The notes under the pieces were generated by a model. That model searched no databases and had not been told where the DNA came from. It saw only the letters and a program-made list of their open reading frames with translations. Position numbers and translations under genes: made by a program. DNA of 50,515 nt, taken from the NCBI GenBank assembly GCA_039715015.1, contig JBDLIE010000019.1:1-50515 (forward strand), in the 5' to 3' direction. The DNA is from Thermodesulfobacteriota bacterium. GTDB taxonomy: Bacteria > Desulfobacterota > Desulfobulbia > Desulfobulbales > SURF-16. The stretch's first letter is position 1. Each line of letters begins with the position of its first letter. Shown here piece by piece: positions 20,355 to 29,592 of the stretch.

Positions 20355-21731
20355 ATGCCCTCGATACTTGTTGTTGATGATGAACTTTCCATGCGAGAAT
20401 TCCTGTCGATTCTTCTTGAGAAAGAAGGCTACCAAGTCTTTACTGCCGGAGATCCTCAAAGGGGCTTCGAAATTGCCAGAAGTCGTGATCTTGATCTCGT
20501 CATCACAGACATCCGAATGGGCGAGATGTCAGGCCTTGACCTTTTAAAGGAGCTTAAAGATTCATTCCCCGACCTCCCGGTTCTGATCATCACTGCCTTT
20601 GCCTCCCCTGAAGATGCCGTTGTAGCCATGAAAAACGGTGCTTTCGACTATATCACCAAACCCTTTAAGCTTGATAAAATCATAGCCATCGTCTCTTCAG
20701 CCCTTGGAACTTCCGGTAACGCGGGGATACCTGCAAAGCAGCAAACACCTTCCCATGACATCATTGGCCAGAGCCCGGAGATGTTAAAAATCTTCGACCT
20801 GATCAATCGTATTGCGCCGACCCAGGCCAACGTCCTGATTTATGGCGAATCAGGCACAGGTAAGGAGCTTGTGGCAAAGGCAATCCACGACAATAGTAAG
20901 GTAGCTGCCAGTGCGTTTGTGCCCATCACCTGCAATGCCATCCCGGAAACACTTTTTGAAAGTGAACTTTTTGGCCATGTTAAGGGTTCTTTCACCGGAG
21001 CCACCTCTAACAAGGTGGGTTTATTTGGCCAGGCAAACAACGGCACTGCATTTCTTGATGAGGTTGGCGAACTCTCTGCTCTTACCCAGACCAAACTCTT
21101 GCGCGTTCTTCAGGAGCGTGAATTTAAAAGGGTGGGCGATACCCAGATTACTAAAATAAACGTCCGCATTGTTTCAGCGACCAACCGTAACCTTGAGGAA
21201 GAAGTCGTCAATGGAAGCTTTCGCGAGGATCTCTTTTACCGATTGGCTGTAGTGCCTATCCGTATGCCTCCCCTTCGTGACAGAAAGGGTGATGTACCTC
21301 TGCTTGTGGATTTCTTCCTCAAAAAATACGCGAAGATTTTTGACAAGGATGTTGTGGAATTATCCTCCTATGCCATGGAGGTTCTCATGAGCTATGATTA
21401 CCCAGGCAATGTCAGAGAACTTGAAAATATCATCGAAAGGGGTGTAGCTCTTTCGACCTCCAACATCATTCTGCCCGAAAGCCTTACCCTTTCAAGCCAC
21501 AAGAGGAAGTCTTCAGAAAAATTCCAAGATGATATCCCCGAAAGTTTAGTGGGAGTCCATAGTCAAGAAGAGCTATTTGAGGAAGGCCTGGAAAAGATAC
21601 TGGCCGGTTTTGAAAAAAAGCTGCTTATTTGTGCCCTGGAAAAGACAAATTATTCAAAAATGCGGGCCGCAGATCTTCTTAAAATAAGCTTCCGCTCTTT
21701 CCGCTATAAACTGAAAAAGTATAACCTCTAA
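20355..21731 (+). CDS. pilR: Sigma54-dependent response regulator, PilR-like
   Basis: REC domain (ILVVDDELSMREFL), AAA+ GESGTGKE, GSFTGA loop, PGNVRELEN, HTH ISFRSFRYKL. Confidence 0.8.
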   Translation: MPSILVVDDELSMREFLSILLEKEGYQVFTAGDPQRGFEIARSRDLDLVITDIRMGEMSGLDLLKELKDSFPDLPVLIITAFASPEDAVVAMKNGAFDYITKPFKLDKIIAIVSSALGTSGNAGIPAKQQTPSHDIIGQSPEMLKIFDLINRIAPTQANVLIYGESGTGKELVAKAIHDNSKVAASAFVPITCNAIPETLFESELFGHVKGSFTGATSNKVGLFGQANNGTAFLDEVGELSALTQTKLLRVLQEREFKRVGDTQITKINVRIVSATNRNLEEEVVNGSFREDLFYRLAVVPIRMPPLRDRKGDVPLLVDFFLKKYAKIFDKDVVELSSYAMEVLMSYDYPGNVRELENIIERGVALSTSNIILPESLTLSSHKRKSSEKFQDDIPESLVGVHSQEELFEEGLEKILAGFEKKLLICALEKTNYSKMRAADLLKISFRSFRYKLKKYNL

Positions 21732-21757
21732 GAGATACCTCATATATCATCCCACCT

Positions 21758-23425
21758 ATGGTAAGAAATGCTCTCAAACGGTTAGTTTATTCATTAAAGC
21801 CTCTTAATACAGAGGAGGATATTCATCTTCGCAGGCAGCTGCTCTGGGTCCTCTTTTTCAGGGTCGTACTTCTCACCTTTCTCTTGGGGATAATTGTTTT
21901 TTTCCAGTATAAAGATGGGACAGATTATCAGATTATCCCCATCCAGCTGGTGGGTCTTTTCGTTGGCGGCGTCTACCTCCTCACCATTGGCTCCGCTTTT
22001 CTTATAAGGTTTGTCCCCTACTTCAAACCCTTTACATTCATTCAGATATCCCTTGATGTGCTACTCACCTCCATTCTGGTTTTCTTTAGTGGAGGTAGCC
22101 AATCCTTTCTTATAATTATCTATTTCTTCCCCATAATCAGCGGCGCTACACTTCTCCTGCGCCGTGGCTCCTTATTTATGGCGGCCCAGGCCTCATTGAT
22201 GTATGGGGCTGTTTTGTGGATTGAATATAGCGGGACCATGGCTGTCTATTTCCCATCTAGCACCCTTGACGATTTCATGATGACTTTGCCCATTTTTTCT
22301 ATTTCCGGGCTCTCCTTTTTCCTCACCGCCTTTCTCAGCTCGTTCATGGCTGAACGCCTCAAAATCACGGAAACAGCCCTCTCCCAAACCATTCTTGATC
22401 GCGACAGGCTCGCTGTCCTATACAGGCAAATCTTAGCGGACATTACCACAGGGATCATCACCATCAATGGTCAAAAGATTATTACTTCTTTTAATCACGC
22501 CGCTGAAAAAATAAGCGGTTTCTCCTCACAAGAAGCTGTGGGCAAATCTTTGGCGGAGCTGATGCCGGAGATTGTGGCCGACCTTCGCGGCGAAATAAGA
22601 CCCTTGGCGACTTTAAGGCGAAAAGATGGAGAAAAGATCCCGGTGGGCTACTCATGGACGCCGCTGAACATGCCTGGGGAAAAAGAAGATTACCGAGTCT
22701 ATACCATGCAGGACTTGAGTCTGATCAAGAAAATGGAATACCAGGTACGCCAGGCGGAAAAAATGGCTGCCATTGGCCAAATGGCTGCAGGCATAGCCCA
22801 TGAATTCAGGAATCCTCTGGCCGCAATGAGCGGTGCCGCCCAAATTTTAGAAAAGGATTTCGTCTCCGACCCTACCACCCAGGCCTTAATGAATATCATT
22901 GTCAGAGAGAGTGACAAGCTGGAGGCAACTATCCACGGTTTTCTCGATTATTCCAGGCCTATGGAGCCGGTTATGGACTGGTTTTCGTTGAAGAGTCTAA
23001 CTGAGGAGGCCATCAGTATGGCTCACAATGATCCTCACTGGCATGATGTTGAAATCCATATCAACATTCCCGACGCCTTGGATTGCTGGGCAGATGCCAA
23101 TCAGATGCGCCAAGTGCTGACCAATCTCATCACTAACGCTGTCCATGCCATGGTTCACGTAGAAAAACCGCTCCTCATCATTGCGGCGCAGGAAGAAGAT
23201 CATGATGGAAAGCCACGGCATGTTATAGAAATAAGCGATAATGGCCCTGGCATCCCAGCTCCACTCCTTGGCCAGATCTTTGACCCTTTTTTCACCACTC
23301 AAGAAAGTGGAACAGGCCTGGGGCTATCCATTGTTAACCAGATCATTGCAAGCCATGAGGGCACTCTGAAAGTCAACTCAGATACATCTGGCACCTCTTT
23401 TGCTATCTCCCTGCCCCTGCAATAG
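21758..23425 (+). CDS. pilS: Membrane PAS sensor histidine kinase, PilS-like
   Basis: About six TM helices, PAS region, H-box IAHEFRNPL, N-box NLITNA, G-boxes DNGPG and GTGLGL. Confidence 0.78.
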   Translation: MVRNALKRLVYSLKPLNTEEDIHLRRQLLWVLFFRVVLLTFLLGIIVFFQYKDGTDYQIIPIQLVGLFVGGVYLLTIGSAFLIRFVPYFKPFTFIQISLDVLLTSILVFFSGGSQSFLIIIYFFPIISGATLLLRRGSLFMAAQASLMYGAVLWIEYSGTMAVYFPSSTLDDFMMTLPIFSISGLSFFLTAFLSSFMAERLKITETALSQTILDRDRLAVLYRQILADITTGIITINGQKIITSFNHAAEKISGFSSQEAVGKSLAELMPEIVADLRGEIRPLATLRRKDGEKIPVGYSWTPLNMPGEKEDYRVYTMQDLSLIKKMEYQVRQAEKMAAIGQMAAGIAHEFRNPLAAMSGAAQILEKDFVSDPTTQALMNIIVRESDKLEATIHGFLDYSRPMEPVMDWFSLKSLTEEAISMAHNDPHWHDVEIHINIPDALDCWADANQMRQVLTNLITNAVHAMVHVEKPLLIIAAQEEDHDGKPRHVIEISDNGPGIPAPLLGQIFDPFFTTQESGTGLGLSIVNQIIASHEGTLKVNSDTSGTSFAISLPLQ

Positions 23426-23498
23426 GGACATCTCAACATCAAGCTCCCCCCCCTTCTAACACAAACAGCCTGGCAATCTCTGTGAGAATTCGCTGAAA

Positions 23499-24350
23499 TC
23501 AACGACCAAGAGCAATAAAGGTAAGACCGCAATAAACGAGAAGCCAACAGCAGGAGTAGTAGGCGCCCTGTTTTTGTTGGATATCATCAGAGCGGAGCAA
23601 GATAAGAGAAAAGACAAAGGTCAGAGGAAAGACAATACCTGCCCAAAAAGGCTGCACATAGCGAAGCATCTCCTGTAACCCCAGAAAAAACCACGGTCCT
23701 GGCCTGTGGAAAACGCCAAGAGAGTCGGGCTCCATGGGGGCCGGAAAGAGCAGGGAGAGAAGCATGGTAAAGGAGAGAAATAAAAAATGCTCTTTAAGGT
23801 GAGCCCGATATTTCCGGACATGATCCCAGCAGAGTATCCCCCAGACCACTCCCAGGCCAATAATATGATTTGCATAAACCCTTTTGAGGCCATCCTCAAG
23901 AACGGAAAAGAGCAAGGTGTTGAGAGCCGAGCCGACAAGGGGAACGGAAAGGCAGATATTCTCGGCAATAATGCCGGCATTCTCACCTGTTGCATCCCCC
24001 CGTAACACATAGCCGGTAAACAGGAGAAGTAAGGCCACAGGCAAACTAATCACCAGAGGTACCCATTTCCCCCAAGAAAGCTTCAGGTATGATTTATCGA
24101 TGAGGATAGCCAGGAAATGGGCTAAACAAAGAAGGAAGAAGAGTTGGCTGGAATAAAAATGGAGACTGCGCCAAAAATCACCAAAAGGCACCAGAGCATC
24201 CATGGCACTGGTTGAAAAAAAAGGCGTGGCAAAATCATACTGAAGAGCAATAACTACCCCTGAAACCACAGAGACATAAAGGGAAACGAGACAAAGTTCT
24301 CCCCATTTAACTTCGGTAATTCTTGTTAGAAAATTCTGGCTGCTACACAT
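23499..24350 (-). CDS. Cytochrome b/b6-like subunit of a Rieske/cytochrome b complex
   Basis: Heme-ligand His pairs RSLH-x13-H and ANH-x14-H; FTGYVL; PEWY-equivalent GPWFF. Confidence 0.85.
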   Translation of the reverse strand: MCSSQNFLTRITEVKWGELCLVSLYVSVVSGVVIALQYDFATPFFSTSAMDALVPFGDFWRSLHFYSSQLFFLLCLAHFLAILIDKSYLKLSWGKWVPLVISLPVALLLLFTGYVLRGDATGENAGIIAENICLSVPLVGSALNTLLFSVLEDGLKRVYANHIIGLGVVWGILCWDHVRKYRAHLKEHFLFLSFTMLLSLLFPAPMEPDSLGVFHRPGPWFFLGLQEMLRYVQPFWAGIVFPLTFVFSLILLRSDDIQQKQGAYYSCCWLLVYCGLTFIALGR

Positions 24351-24407
24351 TATAAGAAAAGATCGTTACACACTATTTTCATCCGGAAGAACCAAGAGAC
24401 TGAGGTC

Positions 24408-24830
24408 TTACACTGTCACTATGTACCCTTTACCTTCGCCAAGGGCCTCTACTTTAAATTGAGCCAAATCTTTCTGGGCTGGTCCGGCAAGACGTTTGCC
24501 ATGGGGAGAAAATTTTGACTGATGACAGGGACAGATTAACTGCTTGTCTTTTTCGCTAAAATTGAGGCGGCAGCCTAAGTGGGTACAAGTTCTTGAAATA
24601 GCCCACGCCTCCTTTTCCGCCACAAAAAGGGCAAACTCAGGGTCAAGGTGGACATCGCCGATAAGGAGTTTTTTTTCAACCTTGATAAAACGAGGTTTCG
24701 CAGGAACATTAAAGCGGACAAAACGTAGGGCAGGATAACAAAGGATGAATCCTGCAAACAGTTTAAGCCAACTCCATCCCGAAGAGAGAAAATGGCGCCG
24801 TTCTCCTGGCCCCTCAGCTTTACGACCCAT
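24408..24830 (-). CDS. Rieske [2Fe-2S] protein (start reassigned to MGRKA)
   Basis: CTHLGC and CPCHQSKF boxes; Tat-like ERRHFL plus TM anchor; ATG at 24830 overlaps the end of the Mo-enzyme gene. Confidence 0.9.
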   Translation of the reverse strand: MGRKAEGPGERRHFLSSGWSWLKLFAGFILCYPALRFVRFNVPAKPRFIKVEKKLLIGDVHLDPEFALFVAEKEAWAISRTCTHLGCRLNFSEKDKQLICPCHQSKFSPHGKRLAGPAQKDLAQFKVEALGEGKGYIVTV

Positions 24831-26997
24831 TACCACCACGAAGAAGGCGAACAAAGGTATCACGCAAGCCCCGTGTACCGGAAACCACATCAACCTTGCC
24901 GCGACTCATTACGGCAGAATCAGAAGCACCTCGCAAGTAGGCATCTTTCACAAAAGGAGACTTATTGCCGAAACCGTGACTCATATAACAACAATCCTCC
25001 CTAATGCCCGGGGTTATTTTCACCTTGACCAAACTCAGTGAGCGAAAGCCGTCTCTATTTTCGAGACGAACCTTATCGCCATCATCAAAACCCTGTTGTG
25101 CAGCAATGGACTCGCCAACCCACAGTTCGTTTTCCGGCACTTCGTGATTTAACCAGGTAAAACCTGCGGTTCGCGTTAACGAGTGAGCTGGGCAGCGGCC
25201 ATAAAGTAAACGCAGATAGCCCTCAGGGGCCTGGGCAGGCGGTTCATAGGAAGGAAGAGGCGAAAAACCGTTATGCAACAACCAGAATGAATGAAATTCA
25301 ATTTTGCCAGAAGGTGTGGGGAAATCTGCCTGCCGGGGCCCTGGCAATGGCCCGGCAAAAAGATCATCAACCCCCTCACCGTCAGAATCGAAGCTCATAG
25401 TTGCTTCTGGATCCTTTGCCTTATTTTTCAAAAGCAAGCCCCCAGCTTTTTTCATCAAATCAAGGGAACTTCCTTGAGAGGCCAGGGAATCATCGACATA
25501 ATTTTGCACCCTGTTTTGCGACAGCAATTCACCCTGCCCACACTCCTTAGCAAGATCTTGAACTATCTGATAAGGGTCACGACATTCATGGGAGGGATTA
25601 ACCACCGGGAAACGACAGCCAGTCATGATTTGATCACCTGTATCCCAGGTGTGCAGGTCATCCATCCGCTCAAGAAAAGAGCATTCCGGTAAAATAATAT
25701 CAGCATACAGGGTAGGCTCTGTGGGGAGCAGATCGCAGGCAAAAATAAATTCAGCGTTTTTAAGGGCAGTCATAGTTTTGTAGGGAGCTATTTCAGACTG
25801 GAGAGGATTTTGTCCCCAGATACCAGTGACCTTAATGTTGCCGCTGCCGACCTGATGAATGAGACGGGCAAAGGAGAGAGGTTTGCGCTGAGACTCAAAA
25901 TCAAACTTCTGGCCAGAATCTGGGAGCCGACTGCCCAATAATGCAGATAAAATGGCCTGCGCCCTCACCCGGTCTACATCGGCGCCATACCAGCTCAGAT
26001 GACTGCCGGGCATAATAACGGTGCGTGAACCAGCATGGGACATTGTTTCAACAGCGAGACGAATCATCTCCTCCGGTATATCAGTAATTTCAGAGGTCTT
26101 GGCCAGTGTAAAGGGCGCCGCAACCTCGCGCAACTCATCAAGACCGACAACCTGCTCGGCGAGAAAGGGATTAAACAACTCCTGGCTGAGGATATAATTT
26201 ATCCAGCCTAAGAGTAGAGCGGTATCGGTGCCCGGCCTGATCGCCAAATAGTGATCGGCTTTGGCGGCCATGGCAGAAAAGCGAGGGTCAATAACAATGA
26301 GTTCTGAACCCTTGCTCAAGAAATCACTCACCTGCTTGAGTTGAGAGACTTGGTTATTTTCACCGACGTGACACCCCATAAGAACAAGGCAGTCCGCATC
26401 GTTCATTGCAGGCAGATAGGATGGATCAGGCACACGACCAAACACGGTGCCATAGCCAAGCTCCCTGATTGCAGCAGAATGCATCTGGGACGAGTCATAA
26501 ATATGGGGACAGGAAAGCCCTTCATATAATTTCCGGATGAAAGAGGAGGAGCTGCTGCCACAAAGCAATGCCAATGATTCAGGACCAAAATTGGCATGGG
26601 CCTTCTTCATATGACTGCCGATTTCGGCAATGGCATCCTGCCAGGTAATTCGTTTCCAAGCCCCCTGCCCCCGAGGACCAACCCGTTTCATGGGATATTT
26701 AAGCCGGTCAGGGGCGCCTAAAAGCTGGACGGAAGCCATGCCGCGGGCACACAGAGCATGACCATGGATAGGGCTGTTAGGATTACCATTCAGACGGATA
26801 TGGCCATTCTTGCTCTTTAAAGCAAGCATGGGACAACTAGCCTTGCACATGCCGCAAATTGTCGGTATTTTTTCAACTTCCCGCCTTGGGTAGCTGCTGG
26901 GAGAGGCCTTGCTCAGAGAAGGATTGGTCTGATTGAAGACGAGAGATAAGGCTGAAAGAGACCCACCCTTTAATAAGGTACGGCGACTACACTTCAC
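24820..26997 (-). CDS. Tat-exported molybdopterin oxidoreductase catalytic subunit, PsrA/PhsA-like (DMSO reductase family)
   Basis: SRRTLLK Tat motif; CGMCKASC...C [4Fe-4S] motif; PDRLKYPMKR; IRPGTDTA; YADIILPE; TPSGKIEF; GTG start with GGAGG RBS. Confidence 0.85.
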   Translation of the reverse strand: MKCSRRTLLKGGSLSALSLVFNQTNPSLSKASPSSYPRREVEKIPTICGMCKASCPMLALKSKNGHIRLNGNPNSPIHGHALCARGMASVQLLGAPDRLKYPMKRVGPRGQGAWKRITWQDAIAEIGSHMKKAHANFGPESLALLCGSSSSSFIRKLYEGLSCPHIYDSSQMHSAAIRELGYGTVFGRVPDPSYLPAMNDADCLVLMGCHVGENNQVSQLKQVSDFLSKGSELIVIDPRFSAMAAKADHYLAIRPGTDTALLLGWINYILSQELFNPFLAEQVVGLDELREVAAPFTLAKTSEITDIPEEMIRLAVETMSHAGSRTVIMPGSHLSWYGADVDRVRAQAILSALLGSRLPDSGQKFDFESQRKPLSFARLIHQVGSGNIKVTGIWGQNPLQSEIAPYKTMTALKNAEFIFACDLLPTEPTLYADIILPECSFLERMDDLHTWDTGDQIMTGCRFPVVNPSHECRDPYQIVQDLAKECGQGELLSQNRVQNYVDDSLASQGSSLDLMKKAGGLLLKNKAKDPEATMSFDSDGEGVDDLFAGPLPGPRQADFPTPSGKIEFHSFWLLHNGFSPLPSYEPPAQAPEGYLRLLYGRCPAHSLTRTAGFTWLNHEVPENELWVGESIAAQQGFDDGDKVRLENRDGFRSLSLVKVKITPGIREDCCYMSHGFGNKSPFVKDAYLRGASDSAVMSRGKVDVVSGTRGLRDTFVRLLRGGNGS

Positions 26998-28210
26998 TTT
27001 CCACCTCCGCTAAACTAAGACATCCAATCTCCTCAAAGATGGCCCTGGCTGTTAAATCTTTACTGAGAAGTTCAAGTTCTCTGGCTTCTCCGCTGCGCGT
27101 CAGAATGGTGACCTTATTGGTATCGGCCTGGAAACCAGTTTCTTTACCTTTGATATCATTAATAACTATCATATCGAGATTCTTGGCCGCGAGTTTCCTC
27201 CTTCCTTCATCAAGATGATTTTCGCTTTCTGCAGCAAATCCGACCAGGAGCTGTTCTTTTTTTCTTTCACCAAGGGCGCGGAGAATATCTGAATTAGCAA
27301 CAAGCTCAAGATCTAAGGCTGCTCCTGACTTTTTAATTTTCTCAGGGGCGCAGTGGCGAGGTCTGAAATCAGAAACCGCAGCACATTTAACAACAATATC
27401 AACTTCTTCATATCTGGCCAACACAGCTTCGTACATTTCTTCAGCAGTCCGCACCTGAAGCAACTCAACATTGGCCGGTGGCTCCAAGGAACTGGGGCCG
27501 CTGATCAAGATTACATCGCCGCCCCGCAGCATGGCTTGACGCGCCAATGCATACCCCATTTTACCGGAAGAACGGTTACTGAGGTAACGTACTGGATCTA
27601 AAGGTTCCTCAGTGGGACCTGCTGTTATCAGCAGGCGCTTGCCGGTTAGATCTTGAGGGGCAAACATCTTCTCAACACCACTCAAAATAACGGGCCACTC
27701 AGGAAGACGACCAGGCCCCTCCTCCTTGCACGCCATGGGTCCTGACTCTGGCTGAACGACTTGATAACCAAACCTGGAAATCTTCTCTATGTTTTCCTGG
27801 GTAACGGGATGGTTGAACATCTTGCTGTTCATGGCTGGACACACAACCACCGGGCAATCGGCAGCCAGAACAACAGCGCTCAAAAGATCATCAGCCATGC
27901 CAGAAGCAAAACGGGCGATGGTCTGCGCAGTTGCAGGGGCGACAAGAATCAAGTCATGGTCACGGGCCAGATTAATATGAGGGATGGTGTGGGCATCATG
28001 TTCGTCGAACATGTTGCCATACACCTTGGCGGCAGAAAGAGCAGCAAAGGTCAGGGAAGAGACGAACCGGGCCCCTCCACTGGTGACAATCACCGTGACC
28101 TCGGCCCCAAGCTTACGGAGGTTGCGTGTTATATCACAGGCTTTATAAGCCGCGATAGAACCACACACCCCGAGCAGAATTTTCTTCCCTGTCAGTGAAC
28201 TCTCAGACAT
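26987..28210 (-). CDS. coaBC: Bifunctional phosphopantothenoylcysteine decarboxylase/ligase
   Basis: GSIAAYK, HINLA, APATA, PAMN, TAGPTEEPLDPVRYLSNRSSGKMG, VGFAAE. Confidence 0.96.
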   Translation of the reverse strand: MSESSLTGKKILLGVCGSIAAYKACDITRNLRKLGAEVTVIVTSGGARFVSSLTFAALSAAKVYGNMFDEHDAHTIPHINLARDHDLILVAPATAQTIARFASGMADDLLSAVVLAADCPVVVCPAMNSKMFNHPVTQENIEKISRFGYQVVQPESGPMACKEEGPGRLPEWPVILSGVEKMFAPQDLTGKRLLITAGPTEEPLDPVRYLSNRSSGKMGYALARQAMLRGGDVILISGPSSLEPPANVELLQVRTAEEMYEAVLARYEEVDIVVKCAAVSDFRPRHCAPEKIKKSGAALDLELVANSDILRALGERKKEQLLVGFAAESENHLDEGRRKLAAKNLDMIVINDIKGKETGFQADTNKVTILTRSGEARELELLSKDLTARAIFEEIGCLSLAEVESEV

Positions 28211-28218
28211 GTAATCGT

Positions 28219-28692
28219 TTAATTAAGTGGATCGCTCTTGCCGTTGCCAACAATATCGGACACAAAAATATCTACGTAAGTTTTAAAATTTGTTTCTGTG
28301 ATTTTAATGATACAGGTACGCCCCTCTCTGGAATAGGCCTGAAGCATCCGGCCACTCACACTGCTGTAGACCTTCTTCCACTTATTCTTGGGCATGGTAT
28401 TGATGAAGAACTCAGCCAGAGACTCTATTTCCAGCTGGCCAATATAGCGTAAATGACCGCCGGTGAAGGAATCCGTGTCCACAAAAAAACTTTCCTTTTT
28501 ATCAAGCTCAAGGCCAAAGGGCAGAAGAATCTGCCGATAGGAATAATGATAGAAGGGCTGATTGGTCTCTTCAGTGGGAGCAGCAACCATCTCATCATCA
28601 GCGGTACCTAAACCAAAGATACAGCCACTTAAATTAAGAGACAAAAACAGGGCGAGAAAAAATGTCAGACCGGTAGCTTGAATGTGTTTCAT
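28219..28692 (-). CDS. Hypothetical lipoprotein
   Basis: Hydrophobic signal ending in lipobox LSGC; tight spacing with flanking genes. Confidence 0.7.
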   Translation of the reverse strand: MKHIQATGLTFFLALFLSLNLSGCIFGLGTADDEMVAAPTEETNQPFYHYSYRQILLPFGLELDKKESFFVDTDSFTGGHLRYIGQLEIESLAEFFINTMPKNKWKKVYSSVSGRMLQAYSREGRTCIIKITETNFKTYVDIFVSDIVGNGKSDPLN

Positions 28693-28702
28693 GAGAAGCC
28701 TC

Positions 28703-29212
28703 CTAAACGGTTTTCAAAATGAAGTGGTTAAGATCTTTACGATTTGACTTTTGATTACGATGGGCAGGGTGGCCAAAGGCCAGCATAGCCATCAGCTCAT
28801 ATCTCTCTTCAATGCCAAGGATATGGTTTACCTGTTCCTTGTTTTTCAGGATCTGACCAAGCCAAACACCACCGAGGGAAAGCGATTCTGCAGCCAGAAG
28901 CATATTCTGAATACAGGCGCCCACTGACTGGTGATCCTTCACAAGATCGTAAACCGCATCGGAATCAAGAAAGACCCCGATCAGGGCCTGGGCACCTTGG
29001 ACAATATGGCTATAATGGGTGGTTGTGCTGAGTTTTTCTCTGGTCTTGGCATCGGTAATAACAACAAAGCGCCAGGGCTGATTATTGAGTCCTGAAGGTG
29101 CCCAGATTCCTGCCGTGACAATCTCCTGAAGCTCTTCCCTGCCAACCGGATCCTCAGTAAATTCACGCCTGCTGCGCCGTCCATAAATTGCCTGCAATAT
29201 TTTGTTTGGCAT
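28703..29212 (-). CDS. Nitroreductase family protein
   Basis: RRSRREF, WAPSGLNNQPWRF, QNMLLAAESLSLGGVW. Confidence 0.92.
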   Translation of the reverse strand: MPNKILQAIYGRRSRREFTEDPVGREELQEIVTAGIWAPSGLNNQPWRFVVITDAKTREKLSTTTHYSHIVQGAQALIGVFLDSDAVYDLVKDHQSVGACIQNMLLAAESLSLGGVWLGQILKNKEQVNHILGIEERYELMAMLAFGHPAHRNQKSNRKDLNHFILKTV

Positions 29213-29443
29213 GAAGTGACCGTTTATTTAAAAAACAAAAACTCAATCCTTGCCGGACTACTTATTTTTTACCAGCAAAGCATTCATAAACTAGTTGTCT
29301 CACCTTTGTTTGTCAATTAATTTACCTTGTAACCATCCAGCTTTAGCTCTCCATTCTCACCATGAAAAAATCCTTTATCTCATGGAGTTTTTTGGGAGGA
29401 GAGCTTCTGGGGTCAACAGCTAATTCATTTTCTCTCTTTGCAC

Positions 29444-29472
29444 TTGACAGAGAATGGCGAGATGGCTATGTA
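29444..29472 (+). promoter_or_regulatory. Possible sigma70 promoter for the radical SAM gene
   Basis: TTGACA, 17-nt spacer, then TATGTA; the -10 match is weak. Confidence 0.3.
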
Positions 29473-29592
29473 ACGACTGATAATTATTGACCTAAAATCA
29501 TACACTCCTTTGACCTGTCAACCGTCTTTTCCTTTATTGTATGCTTGAGTATGGCAGATCTTTTTTTAAGATAATCTTCACCAGAGACACCC

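Noticed and set aside
29510..29521. TTGACCTGTCAA palindrome as an FNR/CRP site
   Set aside because: The spacer is 2 nt rather than the 4 nt of the FNR consensus; a single 12-bp dyad is too weak to assign.
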